A stretch of DNA of 64,000 bases from Candidatus Onthoplasma sp. (lineage in GTDB: Bacteria; Bacillota; Clostridia; Christensenellales; UBA1242): contig JBJETW010000009.1 in the NCBI GenBank assembly GCA_051883515.1, positions 64,421 to 128,420 on the forward strand, written 5' to 3'. Below, piece by piece: positions 38,023 to 48,125 of this stretch. Below the pieces are notes generated by a model, which was not told the origin of the DNA, ran no database searches, and saw nothing but the letters and a program-made list of their open reading frames with translations. The position numbers were made by a program, and so were the translations under genes. How positions within the stretch are numbered: position 1 is the stretch's first letter; every line of letters starts with the position of its first letter.

Positions 38023-38864
38023 TGAAAATTGCAACAGACTGGAAAGAATATAGGGTAATATCCACGGCGAACGGTGAAAAAAAAGAGTGCATTGGTGGAT
38101 ATACTTTTTTGCGTCCAGACCCACAAGTTATTTGGAACACGGACAAAAAACTATCAACAAAAGTCGACGCGTGCTACAAACGTACTGAGAACAAAACGGG
38201 GGAGTGGACACTTAATCCTAAAATGCCAAAATCATTTGTAATTGAAAGAAAAGGAACAAAATTTCACATTGAACCAATGAGTTTCAAACACATTTGTCTG
38301 TTCCCAGAACAAGCATATAATTGGGACAAAATGAAAGAGATGATAAAAAACGCGAAAAGAGAAATCAAAGTGCTAAATCTATTTGCTTACACTGGCGGAG
38401 CGAGTGTTGAATGTGCGTTGGCAGGTGCAAAGGTGACACATGTCGATGCTGCAAAAAGTATGATAGACATAGCAAAAGAAAATGCGCGTTTAAATGGAAT
38501 TAGCACAATTCGTTATATTTTGGACGATTGCACTAAATTTGTTGAAAGAGAAATCAGGCGCGGAAACAAATATGATGCAATAATCATGGACCCACCATCT
38601 TTTGGAAGAGGACCAAAAGGCGAGACTTGGAAAATTGAAGATAATATTTTTGAGTTTGTTAAATTGTGCACTAATTTATTAAGCGAAAATCCGCTTTTTG
38701 TGTTAATTAACTCTTACACAACAGGACTTCAACCAACTGTTATGTCTAACATTTTGAATGCAACTATACCTAATGGGGAAACGGAAGCATACGAAATAGG
38801 GTTGCCAACTGATGAAGAAGGAATTGTTTTACCATGCGGTTGCAGTGCTATTAAAACATTTTAA
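38019..38864 (+). CDS. class I SAM-dependent (RlmI/YwbD-like) RNA methyltransferase
   Basis: VLNLFAYTGGASVECALAGA (motif I) and YDAIIMDPPSFGRG (motif IV). Confidence 0.8.
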   Translation: MMKIATDWKEYRVISTANGEKKECIGGYTFLRPDPQVIWNTDKKLSTKVDACYKRTENKTGEWTLNPKMPKSFVIERKGTKFHIEPMSFKHICLFPEQAYNWDKMKEMIKNAKREIKVLNLFAYTGGASVECALAGAKVTHVDAAKSMIDIAKENARLNGISTIRYILDDCTKFVEREIRRGNKYDAIIMDPPSFGRGPKGETWKIEDNIFEFVKLCTNLLSENPLFVLINSYTTGLQPTVMSNILNATIPNGETEAYEIGLPTDEEGIVLPCGCSAIKTF

Positions 38865-38873
38865 AGGAAAAAT

Positions 38874-39575
38874 ATGAAAATTGAACCAAAAATTATTTAC
38901 GAAGATAATCATATCATTGTGGTGATAAAACCGCATAATATTTCTGTGCAAGAAGACGAAAGCAAAGATTTGGATATGCTAACAATTATAAAAGATTTTA
39001 TCAAAGAGAGAGATAAAAAACCAGGGAACGTATTCTTGGGACTTGTTCATAGACTGGATAGGCCAACAGGCGGTGTTATGGTGTTTGCCAAAACAAGCAA
39101 AGCAGCAAACAGACTTTGTTTGGAATTAAAAAACAAACAACTTAAAAAACATTATTTTTGCGTTGTAAATGGCAGACCGCAACTCGTAAAAAACCAACTT
39201 ATCACATATCTTAAAAAAGATGAAAAGACGAACACTGTTTCAATTGCTCCACAATCAGAAGAAGGTGCAAAAGAAGCAATACTAAATTATGGAGTGCTTG
39301 AAACGAAAAATAATTTGTCATTAATCGATGTCGATTTAATCACTGGAAGAAGTCATCAAATTAGAGTGCAAATGTCAAAACAATTGGGTCTTCCTATTTA
39401 TGGGGACTTTAAATACGGAGATAAAGAGCACGGCGGAAATCTTGCACTTTGGGCATATGAACTAAGTTTTGTTCACCCAACAACAAAACAGCAAATGAGA
39501 TTCAAAGTTGCTCCAGATTGTGAAAATTCTATTTTTAAACTTTTTAAACAAACTATTGAAAAGAAGATAAATTAA
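38874..39575 (+). CDS. RluA-family pseudouridine synthase
   Basis: LVHRLDRPTGGVMVFAKT and GRSHQIRVQM. Confidence 0.9.
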   Translation: MKIEPKIIYEDNHIIVVIKPHNISVQEDESKDLDMLTIIKDFIKERDKKPGNVFLGLVHRLDRPTGGVMVFAKTSKAANRLCLELKNKQLKKHYFCVVNGRPQLVKNQLITYLKKDEKTNTVSIAPQSEEGAKEAILNYGVLETKNNLSLIDVDLITGRSHQIRVQMSKQLGLPIYGDFKYGDKEHGGNLALWAYELSFVHPTTKQQMRFKVAPDCENSIFKLFKQTIEKKIN

Positions 39576-39856
39576 TTCTTCTTTTTTTGTTAAATACAAA
39601 ATATTTTAAAAATATTGAAAAAACACAAAAAACAAGAAAGAAAAAGAGAAATATTTCAAAAAAACAATGAAAATTTAAAATATAATATTAAAATTTTCAA
39701 TTATTTTAAAAAATTAATTTATGGTCTATAAAATAGATTAAAATTATAGATAAAAAAATTAAAAAAAATTTTAAAAAAGGTCTTGACTATAATTTTAAAT
39801 AGTGCTAAAAGATAGACAAATAAAAAACGCTAGTTATTTAAGCAAAGGAGAATTTT

Positions 39857-41362
39857 ATGAACAAATTAGCAGTATTTGAACTTGGAGTTAACAATATTAA
39901 ATTGACAATTTATAAATATACCAACACAGGGTTTTTCACCACAGAGCAACAGATAGTGGAGCCAATCAGACTCACTCAAGATATGGAGCGTGATGGATAC
40001 ATCAAACCAGCAAGAATTCAAGAGACGATTGCCGTTTTGAAAAACTTTAGAAAAATTGTAGACAGTGCAAAAATTGAAAATTTTATTTGCTACGCAAGTC
40101 CAGTGATTGCAAACGCGAGAAACCAAATCGCATTTTTAGATGAAGTTTACAAAACTGTTTCGTTGTATTTTAAGGTTTTAACAGAAGAAGAACAGGCCGC
40201 TGCGTTGCACAATGCAATTATATATTCTTTTTCAATGTCAAGAGGTTTAATTGTCCAAGTTGGCGATTATTCAACTGAATTTGTGAAATACAACAGAAGA
40301 GTGGTCACAAACAATGTTTCAATTCCATATGGAATGGTAAATCTTCTTGAAAAGTTTGATGGGAAAGACATTGGCAAAAAAATGGATAAAGTTGTGGAGA
40401 CTTTAACGGCAGAACTAAAAAAATACGATTGGTTGTTTAACCTTGATGAAGATGCTGAAATTATAGGAGTTGGTGATGCGTTTGAAGCACTTGGAAAGTT
40501 GTCTAGAAAGGCAACAAGATATCCGCTTGAACTTGCTCACAACTATGAAGTGACAACTGAAAGTTTCCAAAATGTCTATAATCTCATTCATGGTCTAGAC
40601 ATTGACAAAGCGAAAAAACTTAAAGGTATAAGCAACAAACCAGCAGATGAAATAGCAATGGGATTTGCTGTTATCAAGGTTGTTTTCAACGATATTGTCA
40701 GAAATTGCGTAAAGATTTCAACAAATGGAGAAAGACACGGTATTGTTGCAAAAAATCTTTTAGGACAAACTGGCGAAAAGCCATTGCTTGACATTCTTGG
40801 CTATTCATTGAGTGCAATCAATGAATTTTATCCAACGGGGATTAATATTGACAACAATTATTCTCTCGCTGTAATTTTGTATAAACAACTTAAAGTTTTG
40901 CATAAACTCACACGTCCTTATGTCAAAGTTTTAAGGATTGCTGCAAGCATGAGCATGGCAGGAAAGACAATTTCATTTGAAAATTATCAACGAAACAATT
41001 TCCATGTAATTTTGGGTAGCAATATTTATGGTGCATCACACAAAGATATTGTCCTTGCAGCTTTTGTCGCAAGTTGTCAAAACATTGATGATTTCAGTTT
41101 GAACGATTGGGTAAGATACAAAGACATTGTTTCAGACGAAGATGTGGAAGCAGTGAAAAAGTTGGCAATCATAATTAAAATGGCAACAATGATGAACATA
41201 ACAAATTCAAATTTAATCAAAGATATTGCTTGCGATATACTTGGCGACACTGTAATTTTAAAGACGGAAGTTGAAGCTGACGCGACACTTGAAATTAGTC
41301 AAGGAATGTCAGTTGCTGGAGATTTCAAAAAGGTATATGGCAAGAATTTGCAAATTTTATAA
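39857..41362 (+). CDS. Ppx/GppA-like actin-fold protein with degenerate phosphate motifs
   Basis: Length and layout of Ppx/GppA, but ELGVNNIKL for DxGSNS and VQVGDYSTE for DIGGGS. Confidence 0.55.
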   Translation: MNKLAVFELGVNNIKLTIYKYTNTGFFTTEQQIVEPIRLTQDMERDGYIKPARIQETIAVLKNFRKIVDSAKIENFICYASPVIANARNQIAFLDEVYKTVSLYFKVLTEEEQAAALHNAIIYSFSMSRGLIVQVGDYSTEFVKYNRRVVTNNVSIPYGMVNLLEKFDGKDIGKKMDKVVETLTAELKKYDWLFNLDEDAEIIGVGDAFEALGKLSRKATRYPLELAHNYEVTTESFQNVYNLIHGLDIDKAKKLKGISNKPADEIAMGFAVIKVVFNDIVRNCVKISTNGERHGIVAKNLLGQTGEKPLLDILGYSLSAINEFYPTGINIDNNYSLAVILYKQLKVLHKLTRPYVKVLRIAASMSMAGKTISFENYQRNNFHVILGSNIYGASHKDIVLAAFVASCQNIDDFSLNDWVRYKDIVSDEDVEAVKKLAIIIKMATMMNITNSNLIKDIACDILGDTVILKTEVEADATLEISQGMSVAGDFKKVYGKNLQIL

Positions 41363-41386
41363 CAAATTAAACATTGGGGGTTAATT

Positions 41387-42376
41387 ATGTTTCGTGTGGA
41401 TTTGGCAATTAAATTTGGCGGAAATGAAATTGGAATTTATAGAAAAGGGTTTGGTATAATTGCAAAAGAGCCGGCATTTGTTGCTGTTGTTGAAAATGGC
41501 AACAAAATGAAAATAAAGGCAACCGGAAAACAGGCACAAGTTCTTTTCTTTGGGAAAAACAGTGACGTGACAGTTTATCAACCAATTCAAGACGGCGAGG
41601 TGAAAAATGAAAAGGTTGCAACACTTTTAATTTCGCATATATTGTCAAATGCAATTCAAGACAAAATGACAATTCAAAGAGTTAATGCAATTGTTGCTGT
41701 GCCATGTGCTTTGACAGAAGAGCAACTTCTTGTTTTAAAAAGAGTTTTAAATTCAAGCGGAATTGACAAAGTGACATTTGTTCAGAATGGCGTTTGTGCG
41801 TACGAAAATTTAGAGCAAACAGGTCATGTGATGGTGATTGATATTGGCAAAACTGTAACGGATATCTCAGTTCTTAGCAAAGACAATTTTGAAGCAGGGC
41901 GAACATATTTTATTGGCGGAGCGGACATGGACGCTAGCATAACAACTTATATTATGGACAATTATAATTTGGAAGTTTCGGATTTAACCAGTGAAGCAAT
42001 AAAAAACGAAATTGCGTCCTTGTATGAGCGTGACACGTTTAGAACAAAGTTTGTTGGGATTGACTCGAACAATTCGTTAAAAAAAGAAAGCATTTCAGCA
42101 AATGAAATTAAAGTTGCAATTGTGAACACTTATAACACCATTATTGAACTAGCAAAAGAGTTTTTAAACACACTTCACAAAGAAGTTATTTCAGAAGTGA
42201 AACAAAATGGAATTGTTTTTGTTGGCGGAGCAAGTAGGGTTTCAGGATTATATGAATTTGCAAAGTCAAAACTCGATTGTCCTGTAATTGTGCCAGATTT
42301 CCCAGAAGACTTTGTTCTTAATGGTGCGGGGAAATTGTTAAATGGGAAAAACGATTTCATGAAAATTGATTTATAA
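41387..42376 (+). CDS. divergent MreB/actin-like protein
   Basis: DLAIKFGGNEIGIY...IAKEPAFVAV; VIDIGKTVTDISV; IVFVGGASRVSGL; phosphate-1 motif not canonical. Confidence 0.6.
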   Translation: MFRVDLAIKFGGNEIGIYRKGFGIIAKEPAFVAVVENGNKMKIKATGKQAQVLFFGKNSDVTVYQPIQDGEVKNEKVATLLISHILSNAIQDKMTIQRVNAIVAVPCALTEEQLLVLKRVLNSSGIDKVTFVQNGVCAYENLEQTGHVMVIDIGKTVTDISVLSKDNFEAGRTYFIGGADMDASITTYIMDNYNLEVSDLTSEAIKNEIASLYERDTFRTKFVGIDSNNSLKKESISANEIKVAIVNTYNTIIELAKEFLNTLHKEVISEVKQNGIVFVGGASRVSGLYEFAKSKLDCPVIVPDFPEDFVLNGAGKLLNGKNDFMKIDL

Positions 42377-42524
42377 CAAAAATTTTGTAAAATAAGAAAA
42401 AATTTAGAAAAAAATAATAAAAATCGTGATAAAATGGTCTAATTTTGACGAGGTGAAAAAATTTTATTAATTTCACTTCGTTTTTTTGTATCGTTTGAGT
42501 TAATGTTTTAATGGGAGAAAATTT

Positions 42525-43316
42525 ATGTCAAGAGTAATTGTTATGACTTCTGGAAAAGGCGGAGTTGGCAAAACCACTGTCACCGCAAATCTTGGAATGC
42601 ATTTAGCTGAAAAAAACTATAGAGTTTGCATGATTGATATGGATATAGGACTCAATAACTTAGATGTGGTTATGAACATGGAAGATAGGGTTATATATAC
42701 TATGATTGATGTTATAGAAAACAGATGCAGAATAAAAGAAGCGATTGTTCAAGATGACCATTATCCGCTTTTATATATGCTTTCTGGTGGGGATTTAAAC
42801 CAAAATTTAAACATTCAAATTTCTCAAATAAAGGCAGTGATAAAAGAATTGACTCAACTTTTTGATTTTGTTTTGATTGATTGCCCAGCGGGTATTGATG
42901 CTGGATTTAAGCGAGCGGTCAGTTGCGCGGACGAAGCAATTGTTGTCACAACTCCGCATTTGTCTAGTGTGCGAGATGCAGACAAGGTTGTGACAATTCT
43001 TTCAAGTTATAATATTTCGTCAAAGCGCTTTGTTATGAATCGTGCTCGCGGAGATTTAATTCAAGATAAACTTATGTTTGATGTTCACGATATTGGAAAG
43101 ACTTTGAACATCGAATTTGCAGGAGTAATTCCTGAAGATGACAAAATTATAACCAACACAAGCGACACGATAACAAATTATAAAGTAGCGGTGAATCGAG
43201 CTTTTGACATTTTGGCGTCGAATATCATAACTGGAGAAAAAAAATTGTTTGATTGTACTTTCAAATATAGAGGTCTATTTGGTTCAATAAAAAAACTTAT
43301 CAAAAGGAGTGTGTGA
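42525..43316 (+). CDS. minD: septum site-determining ATPase MinD
   Basis: Deviant Walker A SGKGGVGKTT; 263 aa; C-terminal amphipathic helix FGSIKKLIKR. Confidence 0.92.
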   Translation: MSRVIVMTSGKGGVGKTTVTANLGMHLAEKNYRVCMIDMDIGLNNLDVVMNMEDRVIYTMIDVIENRCRIKEAIVQDDHYPLLYMLSGGDLNQNLNIQISQIKAVIKELTQLFDFVLIDCPAGIDAGFKRAVSCADEAIVVTTPHLSSVRDADKVVTILSSYNISSKRFVMNRARGDLIQDKLMFDVHDIGKTLNIEFAGVIPEDDKIITNTSDTITNYKVAVNRAFDILASNIITGEKKLFDCTFKYRGLFGSIKKLIKRSV

Positions 43317-43543
43317 TGAATATTCAACAAAGATTGGACTCAATCATACAAAAAGATAAAACAAACAATCCTAAATACATAATAAACATATTAAAATCTG
43401 ATTTTTTTTATCTCATCAATAATTATTTTGAAGTGGATTTTGATGACATTAAAGTGGAAATCAATTTTGAAAACGAAAAATATAATCTTATATTTTCTGC
43501 TGTTGGAGATAGATTGAAAGCGATGAAAGTTTTACCTGAATAA
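43316..43543 (+). CDS. minE: MinE-like topological specificity factor
   Basis: AAGGAG SD; ATGA overlap with the minD stop; 75 aa; C-terminal beta-rich DIKVEINFENEKYNLIFSAVG. Confidence 0.6.
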   Translation: MNIQQRLDSIIQKDKTNNPKYIINILKSDFFYLINNYFEVDFDDIKVEINFENEKYNLIFSAVGDRLKAMKVLPE

Positions 43544-43571
43544 ATAACAAGATAATTAAATATATTTATGT

Positions 43572-44372
43572 ATGAAAAAAATTAAAATAGGGACAAGTTT
43601 TATACTTTTGGTCATCATTTGCATAGTGTTGGGTCAAATTTCTTTGTTGTTGAATTATTTGTTTGCACTTGCTTTTCACGAACTTGCCCACCTTTTTGTT
43701 GCGACAAAGTGTGGCTATAAATTAAAAATGATTAAATTTGACATGCTTGGCATAAGCGCAAATTTGGAAGAAAGAATTGACGATGTTGACAATTTTGCCA
43801 TCAATATCACTGGACCTGCAATGAATTTATTTTTATGCATTGTTTGTTTGATTTTATATTCATTTGTTCCCAATTCATATCAAGTGTTAAATTTGTTTTG
43901 TGCGTCAAATTTTGTGCTTGCAATTTTCAACTTGTTGCCAATTTATCCATTAGATGGCGGTAAAATCTTCAAAAATATGGTCAAGAACAAAAAAACTTAT
44001 AAAATATGTGACATGATTTTTCACATAGTTTTAAGTGTTTTGTTTCTTGTGTTTTTTGTTTTGTCTATTAATAGGCACACTAATTGGTTTCTTTTGATAA
44101 TGGGAATTTTCTTTTTGATTCCATATAGACAAAACGAAGTTGATTTTGGATTTATCAAATTAAACAAACAGAAAAATTTTCAAAAAATCAATCTAAAAAG
44201 AGTGAGCAAGGATAGTGACCTTATATCTATTATAAAACAAATAAATCAAACATCATACACGATTTTTTATGTTCGCGAGGGAAGGCAAAAATATGTTGAC
44301 GAAGACGACATGATTGAATTTGCTTTGCACTATCCACTCAACACAAAAATTGCTCAAATTCTTGATAGATAA
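43572..44372 (+). CDS. M50 site-2 protease (SpoIVFB-like)
   Basis: HELAHLF (HExxH) in a TM segment and NLLPIYPLDGG. Confidence 0.8.
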   Translation: MKKIKIGTSFILLVIICIVLGQISLLLNYLFALAFHELAHLFVATKCGYKLKMIKFDMLGISANLEERIDDVDNFAINITGPAMNLFLCIVCLILYSFVPNSYQVLNLFCASNFVLAIFNLLPIYPLDGGKIFKNMVKNKKTYKICDMIFHIVLSVLFLVFFVLSINRHTNWFLLIMGIFFLIPYRQNEVDFGFIKLNKQKNFQKINLKRVSKDSDLISIIKQINQTSYTIFYVREGRQKYVDEDDMIEFALHYPLNTKIAQILDR

Positions 44373-44386
44373 ATTTGTTTAACCTG

Positions 44387-44415
44387 TTGACAAAAATTCT
44401 GGTGTTTGTTATAAT
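44387..44415 (+). promoter_or_regulatory. consensus promoter of rplU operon, followed by ~100-nt structured leader
   Basis: TTGACA - 17 nt - TATAAT; leader hairpins CACATT/AATGTG and TCACT/AGTGA (possible L21-leader type). Confidence 0.7.
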
Positions 44416-44524
44416 GGCAAAGTAGTACCACATTGAAAAGGTTGAAAATGTGCTTTAAAAATTTTATTTTAACGTAAAATTTTATTCACTACCTTAAGAG
44501 TGAGTCTTTATAGGAGGTAAACTA

Positions 44525-44830
44525 ATGTACGCAATCGCAGATATTTCAGGAAAACAATATAAAGTTGAAGTTGGCGCAAATGTGACTGTTGACAGACTTA
44601 ATGCAGAAGTTGGTGAAGTTGTATCTTTCCCAGTTTTGCTTGTTGTCGATGGTGAAAAAGTTGAAGCCGGCAATCCTGTTGTAAAAGATGTTGTTGTTAA
44701 GGCAAAAGTTCTTTCTCATGTTCAAGACAAAAAAATTGTTGTGTATAAATACAAAGCAAAGAAGAACGAAAGAAAGAAACAAGGTCATAGACAACCATAC
44801 ACCAAGATTTCAATCGAAAGCATAGGTTAA
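44525..44830 (+). CDS. rplU: ribosomal protein L21
   Basis: MYAIADISGKQYKVEVG...KKNERKKQGHRQPYTKI. Confidence 0.95.
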   Translation: MYAIADISGKQYKVEVGANVTVDRLNAEVGEVVSFPVLLVVDGEKVEAGNPVVKDVVVKAKVLSHVQDKKIVVYKYKAKKNERKKQGHRQPYTKISIESIG

Positions 44831-44831
44831 T

Positions 44832-45170
44832 ATGATAGAGATTAACATTGAAAAAGAAAAAGACAAAATAGTGGCAATTGAAGCATGTGGACATTCTGGT
44901 TATGCTGAAGCAGGAAAAGACATTGTGTGTAGTGCAGTGTCGACATTGACTCAAACTTTGATTAATGGATTGATTGAGGTTGTTGGAATTAATGTTTCAT
45001 ACGAGATTGATGAAAAAAAACCTTATCTTAGCGTTCGTCTTCCAAAAAATTTGAGTGCGGACAAAATGAAGGAAAGTCAAATCTTGATGCTTTCAACATA
45101 TTTGGGATTAAAGAATGTTTTGATTGGTCACGAAAAATTTATCAAGATTAAGGAGAAGCAAAATGATTAA
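44832..45170 (+). CDS. prp: ribosomal-processing cysteine protease Prp
   Basis: Position between rplU and rpmA; [20 protein letters not shown]. Confidence 0.88.
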   Translation: MIEINIEKEKDKIVAIEACGHSGYAEAGKDIVCSAVSTLTQTLINGLIEVVGINVSYEIDEKKPYLSVRLPKNLSADKMKESQILMLSTYLGLKNVLIGHEKFIKIKEKQND

Positions 45171-45444
45171 GTTTAATATTCAGTTATTTGCCCATAAAAA
45201 AGGTGGCGGAAGCACCAAAAACGGTAGAGATAGTGAATCAAAACGTCTTGGTGTTAAAGCAAGTGATGGCAAATTTGTTCATGCTGGAGCAATCATTGTT
45301 CGTCAAAGAGGAACAAAAATTCACCCATCAACAAATGTTGGCTGTGGAAAAGATTACACTTTGTTTGCATTGATTGACGGAACTGTTCGTTTCAAAAAAG
45401 ACGGCAGGGGCAGAAAAATTGCAACAGTTGAAGCAAAAATTTAA
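45163..45444 (+). CDS. rpmA: ribosomal protein L27 with cleavable N-terminal extension
   Basis: AGGAG SD + ATG at 45163; [24 protein letters not shown] (Prp cleavage-type motif). Confidence 0.93.
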   Translation: MIKFNIQLFAHKKGGGSTKNGRDSESKRLGVKASDGKFVHAGAIIVRQRGTKIHPSTNVGCGKDYTLFALIDGTVRFKKDGRGRKIATVEAKI

Positions 45445-45458
45445 TAATATTTAAAAAC

Positions 45459-45488
45459 AAAAAACAGACCATTGTGGTCTGTTTTTTA
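45459..45488. terminator. bidirectional intrinsic terminator
   Basis: AAAAAACAGACC-ATTGT-GGTCTGTTTTTT. Confidence 0.85.
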
Positions 45489-45522
45489 TAGTCTTAATGC
45501 TATATGCGTTTAAACACATATG

Positions 45523-46254
45523 TCATTTTAAAAATCTGTTGTCAAATTTCTTCTTACATGAAACGATTACAGAAATAATGATGTCAAGAACATATGAAAT
45601 AACAAACAAAAGTATAACCAAATAATTAACTTTTGCGTAAGCGATGCATGCGAGCAATCCCATGGTTAAAACAAGCGCAACAATTAAACATATAAGTGAA
45701 ATTCTTGAATTCCCTTTTGTTTTGCTTGAAGAATTAATTTCCTTGTCGTTTATTTTTATGTTTGTTGTTAAATTCTGATTTGTTTCAAAAAGTCTATTTC
45801 CGATGTGTGATTTTAAAAGTTCAAAGACGAAATCTTTTGGCAAAAATTGAAGTTTGTTGGAGATGAGACTGTCTTTAATTTTAAAAATTGATTTTACATA
45901 AACATTGTATATTGAGTTGCAAATTTTTTCGAAGGTGTTGTATTCTGGCATCAAACAAACTATTTTTTCTTTCGTTCCAATTGCAGAAATAAAAGAGTTT
46001 AAAAGTTCGTTTGAAAGCGCTAGAGAAGAGTATGCAATAACAATGTCATCAACTTGAGAGTTTAACAAAATTGTGTGAATAACCTTCATTAAATTATATC
46101 CATACTCTGCATGTATGGTGTGTCCAAATGTTTTAAATAATGGCACAAGGTTTGATTTCACGACATAAACAATGTTGTCGCCAAAACGATTTTGTATCAT
46201 ATTAATTTTTTTGTTGATATCTGTAATTGAGTCCACGACGTAAACAACTTTCAT
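45523..46254 (-). CDS. hypothetical protein with C-terminal TM anchors
   Basis: 243 aa; soluble N-terminal domain; two C-terminal hydrophobic helices. Confidence 0.55.
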   Translation of the reverse strand: MKVVYVVDSITDINKKINMIQNRFGDNIVYVVKSNLVPLFKTFGHTIHAEYGYNLMKVIHTILLNSQVDDIVIAYSSLALSNELLNSFISAIGTKEKIVCLMPEYNTFEKICNSIYNVYVKSIFKIKDSLISNKLQFLPKDFVFELLKSHIGNRLFETNQNLTTNIKINDKEINSSSKTKGNSRISLICLIVALVLTMGLLACIAYAKVNYLVILLFVISYVLDIIISVIVSCKKKFDNRFLK

Positions 46255-46432
46255 ATTAACTCCATTTGAATTATTATATACTATTTTGTCAAAATTTCAA
46301 ATCATTTTTATTATAATAACAAAATTGGAGAGAATAGAAGAGAATTTTGCCGGTGAGAAAAATAATTAATGGAATAAATACAACTATATTTTAAGCGACC
46401 AGTTATAATAAAAAAAGACAAATTAATTGTCT

Positions 46433-47107
46433 TTATTTTTTATTTTCGTTTTCTTGTTTTGAACTTTCAGTTTTCTCGTTTTGTTTAAGTTGTTTATAAT
46501 ATCCTTTTGGTCTTTTTACAAGTGCTGCCCACAAGATAATCAAAACTTGAAGCGGAATTCCTAAAAGATAAATAGGCCAAATGTTTGAAATTGGCAGAAT
46601 TTGGACATGAAGACATGCGAGAGTTGACCAAAGCATAACTGAGAGAACTGGGAATAAATATTTAAAATGTCCCCAAATACTATTAAACACAATCAACACA
46701 ATGCAAGTTGCTGGCACTGCCCACAAGAAAATTGTTCCAATTCCTTGCTTTGTGAATATCATTAGCATGACATAAATTACGGTTGCAATAAGCCATACAG
46801 CGCTGGCAGATAGCAGTGTAATCATAAGGTGACTTGAATATGCTTTTGGCTTTTTTTCTTTTGTTTTTATATTAAACTTTTGTTCTTGCAAATTAAAGTT
46901 TTCGTCAACCAAATCATTAAGCGAAACGCCATAAAATTTGGCTAGTTCAAACAAAACATCAACCGAAGGCAAACTTTCGCCATTTTCCCATTTTGATATA
47001 GATTTGTCAGAATAATTAAATTTTTCAGCGAGTTCCATTTGCGTCAACTTTGCTTGTTTTCTAAGGTTTAGTAAATTCTTTCCAATGATTTCATTAACAT
47101 TATTCAT
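46433..47107 (-). CDS. XRE-family HTH regulator fused to a 4-TM domain
   Basis: LRKQAKLTQMELAEKFNYSDKSISKWENG HTH followed by hydrophobic segments. Confidence 0.8.
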   Translation of the reverse strand: MNNVNEIIGKNLLNLRKQAKLTQMELAEKFNYSDKSISKWENGESLPSVDVLFELAKFYGVSLNDLVDENFNLQEQKFNIKTKEKKPKAYSSHLMITLLSASAVWLIATVIYVMLMIFTKQGIGTIFLWAVPATCIVLIVFNSIWGHFKYLFPVLSVMLWSTLACLHVQILPISNIWPIYLLGIPLQVLIILWAALVKRPKGYYKQLKQNEKTESSKQENENKK

Positions 47108-47342
47108 ACAATGCTCCTTTTCAAACAGAAGAATTTTATTAATATAATTTTATCATTTAATAAAAATAAAAGCAAACATTTTAATATATTCTACTCAAAT
47201 TAGATAAAAATTTCTTGAATTCTCCAAATTTTAGAGTGGTTAATTTTTACTCTATTTTAAGGGATTTAAGTTTAGAGAAAAAATTGGCAATTCTCTTGAA
47301 ATTTTGCATACACCAATGTAGAATGGCAACATGGAGGAGGCA

Positions 47343-48125
47343 ATGAAAGCGAATGAAGAAAAGGTGATTTATTTTACTGACGAATTGAATGAAGACTTTT
47401 CTGAAACCGAATTGAAACACAAACCTGTTGACAAGAATTATGTGTATTACAGTCGAAATCCATTTTGGAAGATTGGCCACTTCTTTTGGAATAAGATTGT
47501 TGCTTATCCAGTTTCGATTATACATGCTAAGTGTAGATTCAGTTGGAAAATTGTAAACAAAAAAGCGTTCAAATCTGTAAAAAATTCAAGCTATTTCGTT
47601 TTCGGAAACCACACACAACAATTCTTTGATGCCACAATGGCAAAAATGATTTCAAACAAAGATTGTTATGTTATTGTCAATCCGGACAACCTGAATATAA
47701 AAGGTTTGGGTTGGCTTGTGAAAAAGTTGGGTGCTTTGCCTTTGCCAAATGATGTTCACACAACAAAAAGATTTGTGAATGCGTTAAATCAACTAGTGGA
47801 AGATAAAAAGCCAGTATTGATTTATCCAGAAGCACATATTTGGCCATATTACACAAAGATAAGACCTTTCAAGGAAACATCTTTTAGATATCCAGTCAAA
47901 TATGGTGTGCCAGCATTTTGTTTTACGAATACTTACCAAAAGCAAGGAAAAAAGATACGCATAGTCACATATGTTGATGGTCCATTTTATCCTGACGAAA
48001 ACCTTCCAACAAAAGAAAGAGAGTTGGATTTGAGAAACAGAATTTATGAGACCATGGTGGAGCGCAGTCAAAACAGCAATGTCGAAGTGATAAAGTACAA
48101 AAGAAAGGAGGGCAACAGTGATTAA
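47343..48125 (+). CDS. PlsC-like lysophospholipid acyltransferase
   Basis: GGAGGAGG SD before the ATG at 47343; FGNHTQQFFD block and LIYPEAHIW block. Confidence 0.6.
   Translation: MKANEEKVIYFTDELNEDFSETELKHKPVDKNYVYYSRNPFWKIGHFFWNKIVAYPVSIIHAKCRFSWKIVNKKAFKSVKNSSYFVFGNHTQQFFDATMAKMISNKDCYVIVNPDNLNIKGLGWLVKKLGALPLPNDVHTTKRFVNALNQLVEDKKPVLIYPEAHIWPYYTKIRPFKETSFRYPVKYGVPAFCFTNTYQKQGKKIRIVTYVDGPFYPDENLPTKERELDLRNRIYETMVERSQNSNVEVIKYKRKEGNSD

Noticed and set aside
45124-45162. Upstream TTG start for rpmA given in the track
   Set aside because: It has no SD and lies inside prp. The ATG at 45163 follows AGGAG and gives the conserved [15 protein letters not shown]27 pro-sequence.
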